This document shows, one piece after another, positions 14,753 to 25,859 of a stretch of 64,000 bases of DNA (positions are counted from its first letter, which is position 1; each line of letters opens with the position of its first letter). Under the pieces are notes generated by a model, which had not been told where the DNA came from, did no database searches, and saw nothing but the letters and a program-made list of their open reading frames with translations. Position numbers and translations under genes: made by a program. The DNA comes from Vicugna vicugna (Eukaryota), in the NCBI GenBank assembly GCA_013265495.1, contig MU058065.1:10581720-10645719 (forward strand), given 5' to 3'.

Positions 14753-15536
14753 ATCATTGAAAAATCCACAAATGATAAATGCTGCAGAGGATGTGGAGAA
14801 GAAGGAACCCAGCTACACTGTTCATAGGAATGTAATTTGGCGTAGCAACTATGAAAAACATATATAGAGAGTCCTTAAAAAACCTAAAAATAGTTTCCAT
14901 ATATTCCAGCAATCCCACTCCTGGACATACATCCCAAGAAAACTCTAATTCAAAAGATGCGTGCACCCCAATGTTCATAGCAGCACTATCTACAATAGCC
15001 AAGACATGGAAGCAAACTAAATCCAACAGATGATTGGATAAAGAATTTGTGAGATACACACACACACACATACACACACTGGTATATTACTCAGCCTTTA
15101 AAAAGAATGAAATAATTCCATTTGCAGCAACATGGATAGACCTAGAGATTATCAGAAGTGAAATAAGTCAGACAGAGAAAGACAAATATTATATGTTATC
15201 ACTTATATGTGGAATCTACAAAAATGGTACAAATGAACTTATTTACAAGAAGAAATAGAATCACAGACATAGAAGATAAAGTTACCAAAGGGGAAGTGGA
15301 GGAAGAATAAATCAGGCGTTTGGCATTAGCAGATACAAATTACTATATATAAAATGGATAAACAAGGTCCTACTGCATAGCACAAGGGACTATATTCAAC
15401 ATCTTGTAATAACCCATAATGAAAAAGAATATGAAAAAGAATGTATGTATGTGTAACTAAATCACTATGCTGTATGCCAAAAGCTAACACAACATTGTAA
15501 ATCAACTATACTTAAATAAAAGTGTTTAAAATTTTT
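14753..15536 (+). mobile_element. 5'-truncated intermediate-age L1 (ORF2 C-terminus plus 3' UTR) with decayed ~15-bp TSD
   Basis: ORF fragments CTPMFIAALSTIAKTWKQ and YYSAFKKNEIIPFAATWIDLEII; AATAAA near 15515; TSD aagaatgcaaatcaa (14738-14752) vs aaaaatgcaaattaa (15537-15551), 13/15 identical; internal (CA)n at ~15056-15079. Confidence 0.93.
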
Positions 15537-15805
15537 AAAAATGCAAATTAAGTTTAGAAAGCTAATTCCAAAAGGTCAAAATTACATAAATCATGAGACT
15601 GGATTTCTATAAGTATAAATCTACAACAGCTATAAATTACCCTAATTACACACCCTGGTTTTTTTTTTCGATAAATACATTCAACAAATTTATTCTTCTA
15701 AATCTTGCTTTAATAGAAATAACCTATTTTTCTTTTTAAAAAGTATTTGTGCACATCAGTTACAACCATCTTTGCTAATATTGTAATTATCAGTTTTGAA
15801 GTTTA

Positions 15806-16005
15806 TTTATTTAAACATTTTTATTGATTTATAATCATTTTACAATGTGTCAAATTCCAGTGTAAAGCACAATTTTTCAGTTATATATGAACATATATAT
15901 ATATTCATTTTCACATTTTTTTCTCTGTGAGCTACCATAAGATCTTGTATATATTTCCCTGTATATACTGTATACAGTATAATCTTGTTCATCTATTCTA
16001 CAATT
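15806..16005 (-). mobile_element. Young camelid-type L1, 3'-terminal ~200 bp only
   Basis: Near-identical to 22905-23100 and to the reverse complement of 50285-50435; TSD ttttgaagttta (15794-15805) / tttcgaagttta (16006-16017). Confidence 0.93.
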
Positions 16006-16724
16006 TTTCGAAGTTTAATTTTTATGCCAGCAGACAACTGCCAAGAGCAACATCATATGTGAAAACTACAATAAGCATAAAATGTATTCACTTTCTTTCA
16101 ACTATACCAATTCAGCTTACAGAAATTTTATTCTTTCAACAAAGACCGCTTTTCCTTTTGTTTTATAACTTATTTAATTTTGTCCAAGGTGGTTTTTACA
16201 ATTCTCCTTTATAGGACCAATGACCTTCTAATATCTTTAATAAGAAAACAATATTTTGCCTCCCTACTCTCATTCGCCGCACTTTCAGGAACCATACTTC
16301 CTTAGTATGGTTGAGTTCTGATTTTAGTATTTCACAGTGGGCTTTTGAAAACTAATTATATGTAGACAGTTTTATTTTATTTCTTCTATTATTTTTGCAA
16401 AATGCTTAACCAAGTAACCCTTGCTCATTTTCTGTTGTTCCAAATCATTATGTCAGATGCTTTTTAAAAGTTAACATTACCTGAGAATATTAAACATTTT
16501 ATACTTTTTGATAGTCCATCTAATAATGCCTTAAATTTCATGTATTGTATAGTATGTTCCATCCTTTAGAAAGATATTGAAAATATGTGTCAAAACTGAT
16601 TATATCTAAACAAATACAAGCCCTCCTAAATAGGCCCAACTGTGGCAGAGAAAATGAGATTTTCAGTGCACAATGATGGCTAGTGAGACAGCCATTTCCA
16701 TGAGACAAATGTCCTATTTACCTA

Positions 16725-18535
16725 CTTTTGTAACAGATTTATTGAGATATAATTTACATACCATAATAGTCACTCAATGTGCTCAACAAAATGTCTTTTA
16801 CTGTAATCCTAGAGTTGTGCAACATTACTATATCAATTTTAGAGTATTTTCCTCACCCCCCCAAATAAATCACATATTCTTTCACTATCACATCCAATTC
16901 ACCATTCCCCTCAGTGCTAGGTGACTACCAATCTACTCTTTATATGTATTGATTTGTCTATTCTGGACATTTCATATAAATATAATTATATTATATATAG
17001 TCACTTCGCTTAGCATAATGTTTTCAAGGTCCATCCATGTTGTAGCATGTATCAGTACTTCAATTTATTTTATGACTGACTATTGCTCCACTGTACTGAC
17101 ATACCACATTTTGTTTATTCATCAGTGGATGGACATTTGATTATATCCAACTCTTGGCTATTATGAACAATATTGCTATGAATATTCATGTATGATTTTG
17201 TGTTGACATACATTCATTTATCCAGGTTACATACTTAACGAGTGGAATTACTGATTTAAACAGGAACATTTTCAACACTGTTAAGTTTCTGCCAGACTGT
17301 TTTCCAAAGTGCCTGAACCATTTTACAGTCTTATTACCTGCAATATATGATGGTTCTGATATTTCCACATTCTTGTCCATACTTATTATTATCTATACTT
17401 TTTATAATAGCTGTCCTAGTGGAGATGAAATGATATTTCATTGTGGTTTTGTTTGCATTTCCTTGATGACTAATGATGCCGAGCATCTTATCATATGCTT
17501 AGTGTCACTTGCATATCTCTTTGTAGAGATGCCAGTTCGGTTCCTTTGCCCATTTCTTGATTAGGTTATTTGCCTTTTTATTATTGAGTTGTAAGTATTC
17601 ATTATATATACTAGCTGTCAGTTCATTTTGAGCTATATGATTTGAAAATATTTTCTCCTATTTCATGTGTTTTTTTTAACACATAAATGTAATAATATCT
17701 TTTCAGTCACATATATTTTTGATTGTGATGAAGTAATTTTTTTGATCGCTTCTGCTTTTGATGTAAGACCACACTGCTAAATCTAAAGTCACCCTTGTGT
17801 TTCTTGTAGCACTTTTATAATTTTAGTTCTAATATCTGTCCTCAAATCTGTTTTAGTTATTTTTATATATTTTGTGAGATAGGCATCCATCTTCATTCTT
17901 TTGTGTGTGGCTATCCAGCTGTCCTAGCACCATTTGTTAAAGTAATTTCCTCCGACAATTATATTGGCACTCTTCTTACAATTCAGTTGACCTTATTCAA
18001 GTGTTTTTTTTCCTGGATCCTTAATTCTGTTCCATTGACCTGTATGTTTATCCTTATCCTAGTGCCACATGCTTTGATTACTGTTGATTTGTGGTAACTT
18101 TTGGAATCAAAATGTGTGTCATATAACTTTCTTTTTCTTGAAGGTTGTTTTCATTTTTCTGGGCCCCTTGAGTAAGCTCATAGGATTTTTAGGCTCAGCT
18201 TATCAATTTCTATAAAGGAACCATCTGGGAAAATGATAGAGTTTGCATTGAATTTGTAGATAAATTTAGGAGTCATTGTCATGTTAGTAAGTTTAGTATT
18301 ATATCTTCCAATTTATAAATATGTTATAGATTTCCTTTAAGTAGATCTCCTTTAATTTACATCAATAATGTCTCACAGTTTTACATCAATAATGTCTTAC
18401 AGTTTTCAAAGTATAAATTTTATACTTCTTTTCTTAAATTTAATTCTTATTCTTTTTGATGCTATTGGAATTATTTTCTTAATTTCATTTTTTGTATATC
18501 TTTTTGAAAGTGATTAATTTTTGTATATTGCTCTT
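16725..18535 (-). mobile_element. Old L1 (L1MB/L1MC-like) 3' UTR and ORF2 3' part
   Basis: Begins tttattgagatataatttacataccata, a typical L1MB-type antisense 3' end; contains ttgcatttccttgatgactaatgatg and ttgcattgaatttgtagat ORF2 motifs. Confidence 0.88.
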
Positions 18536-20880
18536 GGATGTGCTTAATATGTGCTTAATGGTGTCACATACATTTCTCTGAGCTTTGCTTTTTTTTCATT
18601 TTTTCCTCTCTAATCTTCAGATTGTATAATCTCTATTGTATTGATCTTTCTTCAATTTTGCTAATTTTTATTTTTATTGATCCCCTCTAGTGTACTTTTT
18701 ATTTCAGTTATTATAATTCTTAACTCCAGATTTTTATTTGCTTCCTTTTTAAACAGTTTCTGTCTCTTCCTTTATTTTCTCTGTTTGATGAGATACTGTC
18801 TTCATAGCTTCATTCACTTCTTTAACCATGGTTTCCTTCATTCTTTGGAAATATTTATAGTGGCTACTAAGTATTACTTAATCTCTGTGTGTTAAATCTG
18901 ACATCTGGTTGATCTCCTTGCTTCTTGCTACTGCCTGTTTTCTCCCCTCTCTATGGGTCATATTTTCTTGATTCTTTGCATAATATTTTTTTGAAAACTG
19001 AACATTTCAGTTAATATATTGTAACAATTCTTGATACCACCCATACTGTAGTTTTTGTTGGTTTCTTTATCTGTTTAGTGACTGGCTGGATTATTTTAAT
19101 GAAGTCCATTTTCCCTGTAGTGCAGAGACCCTGACATTGTCCTTCAGGGTGCAGCCTTGGCATTTGCACAGGCAGGTGTGGGAGCCCATGATTGGGTTAA
19201 CAAATTGTAACAGACCCCAGCTGCTTCTGGGCTGATGGTCTGCTTTAACATATCTATAAGATTGTATATTATTCCCCTCTCCCCATGACTTCCTTAAAGG
19301 TAAACTGTAGGCCCCCAAAGAAATGAGTCTTGGGCTGGAATGATAAACAAGTTATAAAAAGCTTCAGACTCAGAGGTGAAAAGGCTGGTTAGCCAATGAC
19401 GGGTAAGACCCCTAGAGGGGGGCAACCTAAGACAGGCACAGCCACCTGAGTCCAAGAAAAATGTTAAAGCGGCTACTTCTCAGACATTTTGCCCTGATAA
19501 GCTGTAAGGCTCGCTGATGTCAACACAAATATGACTTGCTAAAACCTAGAGGACCTTCTGACCTTGAGCCAGACTCTATAATCTAAATCCCACCCTGTCT
19601 TTCCCTAAATTCCTGCATTCCATCACACAATGGTTAGTGATTTCCTAAATTCCTGCATTCTGTCTCACAATGGTCAATGATTTCTCCTTTGACTGTAGAC
19701 AATAAATGTGGGAGCAATTGAGAGGTTCCGGGAGTTGGCTCCCGACTCCTTCTCGCTCTCTTGACTTTTTCCACAGAGTCTTGAGTAGTTCATTCCATTT
19801 TGGTGGGACTTCTGCTGGCCAGAACCCACGACTGGTGATGAACCCACAGGCAGGTGATATGGCAGTGGCTTACAAGTGCTCTCTTTGTCTCTTTTTTTCT
19901 GACCATATACAACTCTACTGTAAAGCTCTACTAATTGTTTGCTTATTACTGTATTGTTTTCAACAATGACCCAAAGGATAAATTGTCCCACAGACTGATT
20001 CAATTAAATTTGAGCTTCTTTGCAGTGTTAGTTTAGGAATTCAGTGTTTGAGGTTTGTTTTGGCCCTAGGAGAACTCTTCTTGGTTGTCTGTTTCAGGTT
20101 CTTTCTGGTAAAATATATTGGCCTCTTCTTTAACTGATATATATCTCTAATAAAGCTGCGGTCTTCTTGTAACTGCTTTGTTATTTTTGAGAGCCCCCTT
20201 AGACGTGAAGTTCACCATACTCTCTTTCAATGGAAGTTCCTTCAGGAAGGGCTTTGAATCTCTGCATTTTATAACCTGTCTCTACCCTGAAAAAAAAAAT
20301 CCTTCAGCCATGGTTCCAGAGGTGGGGTTGGGGATAGTGGCGCATTTCTCCCCAAATGACTTTTCTGTCTTAGAAACTGAGTACTAGGCTGGTGGAGGGA
20401 GCCTCTGATCTTCTTGGCTTGTGTCCCCTAATGTGGAAATTCCACACTATGAATAGGCCAGGGAGAAGGCAATTAGGACCCCAGTATTTTCAATATTTTG
20501 TGATAGTAGTACAGCCTCTGCAACCTCAACTTAGCTGCGACTCCAAGAATTACCCGCTGAACAAGATACTGGGACAGAGAATGGAGAGGTGGGGGTGATA
20601 GGATGCAAATTGCCCATATCCAGCCTCTCCCAGGATATATCATATTCTATGACTAGGAGTTTTGGACATAAAGAACTCCGTGTTCTTGGCTGCACAAACC
20701 TGGAGTAGAATTTGTCTTATACTGATCTGGGAGGGAGGAAGGGGATCATGATTCAAATGTCTCAGATTATCACTGTTCTTACCAAGTTTGAATACATGTT
20801 TCTTCACTTGCTGTATGCCCTTAAAAACATTTCCAGAGATTTTAAATTGTTTTATTTTTCCACTTTCAGCAGTTTCTTTG
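18536..20880 (-). mobile_element. Old L1 ORF1/5' region relic, interrupted by a solo LTR at 19177-19848
   Basis: atttcagttattataattcttaactccaga and ttttgaaaactgaacatttc antisense ORF1 motifs; a moderately GC-richer 5'-like sequence resumes after the LTR; right boundary uncertain. Confidence 0.6.
19177..19848 (+). mobile_element. Solo ERV LTR, 672 bp, class II (ERVK/betaretrovirus)-like
   Basis: Termini TGTGGG...CCCACA (perfect 6-bp inverted repeat); perfect 6-bp TSD ggcagg at 19171-19176 and 19849-19854; CCAAT 19393-19397; AATAAA 19701-19706; internal 40-bp tandem duplication. Confidence 0.9.
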
Positions 20881-22875
20881 AAGACTAGTTCCACAAAGCT
20901 CCTTGAATAGTGTGTTTCACCTGTACCTACTTCTACATCAGTGATGATGATAATAATTATATAATAATAATTATTAAATAATAATTGTGGCATTATATTA
21001 TTAATAGCAGTAAACACTAATAGTTATTATTAGATGAAGAATGAACATCACAACATATTTTTTAAAAAGAAAAGATATTTTCCCAAGGTAATTAAGCATT
21101 TGATAAAACATTTAATGGCTGAGAGTAAGTTGTGTGTTTTCAGTAAGCTGGAAGGATCTCTGATATTGTACTATTCCACCTTCCATACATATATGTGTGT
21201 ATTTGGCTTTCTCTCCCCCAAAATTTGGAGTTTCTTGAGGATATGACAGTGCTCATTAATCTTTGTATTGTCTGACACATATCATATAGCCCACATACAG
21301 GCTTTTAATATACTAGTTGATTATTTGGTAAATGACAACTCCCTTGCTAGATATTTGGAAATATACCTACACTATGTTTTGTGTAACCACAGACTATTGT
21401 TCTTTGACAGAGTGCAAAATAATTTGGGTAGGAAGTCAAGAGTCTTCGTTGGTTCATTGTGAGTTGGAGGTACAGTAAACCTACTACTTACTTTCAAATC
21501 CCTTCATCTGCTTTTCTTGAATCAAGGTTTATGTCACTATCCTGATAGTCTGATAATAATTGGAGCTAAACTGAAAATAGCAATAAGTATTTTAACCTTT
21601 TTACAAGTTCCAAAGGAACTTGTCTCTTGGATCAAGTTTCTTGGAATTACCATTTAATAACTTAAATAAAATAGCAATAATGTAATTGAAAAACTGGTAA
21701 CCTAGTGGATCTAATGAAAAATTGTCCTAGACTGTAGAGTTAAATTTATCCAAGAGAGGATTTTAGTAGAACACAGGAATCACCAATCCAATGCCATGCA
21801 TAGGAGTTTAACAAATGCTTATTTGCATGAGTATACTTCATGCAGGTTATGAATACTTTTAAAAAGGCTCATTCTTCCTTTCTTTTTGTGAAAATCTGGG
21901 AATAGTTGGTAGTTTGATGTTCTCAAAACATGTTAATTGTCTCCAAAAATCTGTAAGATAGTAAAGGATTAGTAAGGTAAAAATCTCTAATTTTAGTATA
22001 AAAATGAGGATAAGTCCCAGGTGGGAGATTTTAATTAAAGCAGTCTTCTGTCAAGATAATTAATAGTTTTTGCTCTTTTATATACACAAGTATAAGTCTA
22101 AATTTTTAAGGGTGCTGTTTAAATTATTATACAGCATGCTAATGCTTGAAGTTATTTATTCAATAATTTTTGTCATTATTTAGAATAATTTCTCTTGCTG
22201 AGTTACATATATTTTGAGTAAAAAATAGCAAAAACTTTCTATATCTTCTAGACATAAACTATATCCTTTATCACATTATTGTATTTATAACATTATTGTA
22301 CTAAATGAGTGATAAAATATGAAACTTATTTACAAATTGCATTTACTTTGATTTAAACTTACATATAAATACAAGTATTTCTTTTGCTCTGTATATTTGT
22401 GTGTGTGTATTCAGAGTTGCCTCCTTATAAGAATCACTATGAAACTGTAAAGCAAACAAACAGGTTAAAGAGCATATACACCTAAATGCTAGCTATAAAA
22501 CATATACTTACAAAGACATGCATTAGTTGTCCAACTTACTGAGCTATTATCCCTACCCCTAAATTATCACAGAATTAAATACATTTATATTAGAATAATT
22601 TTTCTTCTTTAAATTAAGCATGAATATTTAAAAAATACATGTACTATCCAGGACCCATATGCAAACCTGATGTGCTTTTTAGAGAACTTCAGTTAAATAA
22701 GTTAAGGATCATGCATCTTAAAAAAATTTTTTTCTACTTATATTTTTAAAGTGGAACTATAGAATTATAGCTTAACTTTTCCTAATGTGCTTGAATGAAA
22801 GGATAGACTAAATGGTGCTCTATTCTTTGGATATTGCTTTTTTTAATGAAATAAACATAAAAAATATGAGATTTT

Positions 22876-23898
22876 TTTCCTCCCCTCTTAATTTAAACTT
22901 TTTTAAAACATTTTTTATTGATTTATAATCATTTTACAATGTTGTGTCAAATTCCAGTGTAGAGCACAATTTTTCAGTTATACATGAAAATATATATATA
23001 TCCATTGTCACATTTTTTTCTCTGTGAGCTACCATAAGATCTTGTATATATTTCCCTGTGCTATACACTATAATCTTGTTTATCTGTTCTACAATTTTGA
23101 AATCCTAGTCCATCCCTTCCCACCCTCTGCCCCCTTGGCAACCATAGGTTTGTATTCTATGTCTATTTTTTATTTATGCTTTGTTTCTGTTTTGTTTTGT
23201 TTTGTTTTGTTTTAGATTCCACTTATGAGCAATCTCATATGGTATTTTTCTTTCTCCTTCTGACTTACTTCACTTAGAATGACATTCTCCAGGGACATCC
23301 ATGTTGCTGCAAATGGCATTATGTTGTCAGTTTTTATGGCTGAGTAGTATTCCTTTGTATAAATATACCACTTCTTCTTTATCCAGTCATCCGTTGATGG
23401 ACATTTAGGCTGTCTCCATGTCTTGGCTATTGTAAATAGTGCTGCTATGAACATTGGGGTGCAGGTGCCATTATGAAGTAGGGTTCCTTCTGGATATAAG
23501 CCCAGGAGCAGGATTCCTGGGTTACATGGTAAGTCTATTCCTAGTCTTTTGAGGACTCTGCATACTGTTTTCCACAGTGGCTGCACCAAATTACATTCCC
23601 ACCAGCAGTGTAGGAGGGTTCCCCTTTCTCCACAGCCTTTCCAGCATTTGTCATTTGTGGATTTTTGAATAATGGCGATTCTGACGGTGTGAGGTGATAC
23701 CTCATTGTAGTTTTGATTTGCATTTCTCTGATAATTAGTGATATTGAGTAGTTTTTCATGTGCCTATTGATCATTTGTATGTCTCCCTTGGTGAATTGCT
23801 TGTTTAGGTCTTTTGCCCATTTTTGGATTGGATTGTTTGGTTGTTTCTTATTAATTCGTATGAGGTGCTTATATATTCTGGAGATCAAGCCTTTGTTG
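22876..23898 (-). mobile_element. Young camelid-type L1, 5'-truncated (~1.0 kb; ORF2 C-terminus plus 3' UTR)
   Basis: Minus-strand ORFs 23541-23888 and 23212-23589 encode L1 ORF2 C-terminal motifs ([33 protein letters not shown]); TSD aaaaaatatgagatttt (22859-22875) / aaaaaatacgagatttt (23900-23916) at a canonical TTTT/AA site. Confidence 0.96.
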
Positions 23899-24065
23899 AA
23901 AAAAATACGAGATTTTAATGTAGGCCACAGATAAGCAAGTAAGCATGGGGTTGTTTGGTTGTTTCTTATTAATTCGTATGAGGTGCTTATATATTCTGGA
24001 GATCAAGCCTTTGTTGAAAAAAATACGAGATTTTAATGTAGGCCACAGATAAGCAAGTAAGCATG
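23830..24065. repeat. 118-bp tandem duplication (2 copies, 1 mismatch) spanning the L1 5' junction
   Basis: 23830-23947 equals 23948-24065 except gga vs ggg at the unit start. Confidence 0.96.
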
Positions 24066-24559
24066 ATCCACTTCTGGAGAAGGATTTCATACTGAAATTC
24101 TGAAAATACATGTCTTCTTTCCTAACTAGGTTGAACATACGTGATACATATTCCAGGATACCCAATGAAATCTCAGTTTACATCTATTGTTCCAACATAA
24201 TATTAAATCTGCTCCATTTTGTTATTTAAAAAGTCCTAATTTGTATGTTAATTTACATAGTTACTTAACCATACATTTACTGGAAATTTTGACATTCTTT
24301 CATTAGTTATTCTTTTAGGTTAGATATAAAAAGTTCTCTACTTCAATATCTTCCCCTGGGAGGATCAAAATATTAACCTCCATTAACTAATACTAATTAT
24401 TATTCACTATTTTTTTAATATTTTATCCAGTTTACTTACCATTAAGATACACTGGTTTTAAAACTGTATATTTGTGCCATAACATTTAAATAATCTTAAT
24501 AAAGTAAAATTTAAATACAATAAAATTAATGTATGGGGGAATTTGATATTATGATTTTC

Positions 24560-25855
24560 TACAGTAATATAATCTCCAAGGCAACCAACATGTGGAACAA
24601 TTTCATCATCTACATTTCTATCATGCCACTTTGTCAACCCAGCCTCTGATTTCCAGCCCCAGGCAAACACTGGTCTGTGAATTCCAGCCCCATCCAAACA
24701 CTGGTCTGTTTCTTATAACTAGAGTTCTTCCTTTTCTAGCATTTCTTATAAATACTTGATTTCTTTCATTTAGCATGCATTTGAGACTCATCCATGTTGT
24801 TGTGTGTCTGACTACTGTATTCATTTTTACTGTTGAATAATATTTTGTAATTTGTACTGAACCACTGTTCCTACCAACAGTAGGTAGGAGACGCATCTTG
24901 CTTCACAAACTCAACAGCACTTGGTATTGCCAGGCATTTAACTTTAGTCATATTTGTGGACATGTAATGGTGTTAACTTGCATTTTGCTGATGTCAAATA
25001 CAGTTGAGCCTCTTTTCATCTGCTAATTTATGACTTATTTTCATTTATGAAGTCTGTGTTCAAGTACGTTGCCATTTGTGTTGAATTTTCTGCCATCTTA
25101 TTAATGGACTGTAAAAGTTCTTTATATATTTCGAATGCAACCTTTTGATATTTTTATATTTTGGAAATGACTTTTCCTGGTTTTAAGTATCCCTTTTCAG
25201 TTTCTTAAATGTCTTTTGAAGAGGAAATATTTATGTCTTTTATAAAATTACTTTCATAGATATTTTCATAGATCATTTTTTTGTGTGTCCATTAAAACAA
25301 AACTAGCCTAATGTCACTGAAATTTTTACCCATTATCTTCTTAAAATTAATGAAATTATTTCTTTTGTTTAGGTCTATAATACAATTGAAGTTAATTTTT
25401 ATACATAATGTGGATTTAAAAAATTGTGGTACATTTATCGCCATAGAATTGCCTAGTTTATATAATACTGTTTTTTTTGAAAATTAGATCTCATTCCAAT
25501 TGAATTACTGTGGAACTTTTGTGAAATTAAATTGCTAGTATGAATATGTGACTATCTGTGGACTCTGTTCTGCTCTGATGATTCATGTCTATTTTCACAT
25601 CATAATATAGTTACAAAACCAGGTAGCATAAGTTCTCCAGATTTGTTCTTCTTCAACATTTTTTCTTATCTTTTGTCTTCTCACACACATTTTAAAATCA
25701 GTTGGCCAAATTCTTTATACAGCTTGCTAGGATTGTGATTAAAACTGCATACAGTTGAAAATTCATTTATGAAAAATTGTGACCTTAAAAATATGGAATC
25801 TTGAACATGAAACATCTCTTCATTCAGTTAAGCTTTATTTAATTTCCTTTAATAT
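24560..25855 (-). mobile_element. Ancient L1 (L1ME/MD-like) 3' end and ORF2 fragment
   Basis: tttgagactcatccatgttgttgtgtg and ttgcattttgctgatg antisense L1 motifs; minus ORF fragment YYSTVKMN..HTTTWMSLKCMLNERNQ. Confidence 0.8.
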
Positions 25856-25859
25856 TATA

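Noticed and set aside
18356..18406. 24-bp tandem duplication
   Set aside because: Ordinary two-copy slippage duplication inside an old L1; no array or spacer structure.
19167..19856. Apparent 12-bp direct repeat cacaggcaggtg flanking the LTR
   Set aside because: The 6-bp TSD ggcagg is extended by chance matches between the LTR termini (TG, CACA) and the flanks.
20640..21017. 125-aa minus-strand ORF
   Set aside because: Begins in an ATA/ATT low-complexity tract and runs into decayed repeat sequence; no homology recognised.
24651..24709. 31-bp period tandem duplication (ttccagcccc...aaacactggtctgt)
   Set aside because: Two diverged copies inside an ancient L1 3' UTR; local slippage, not CRISPR-like.
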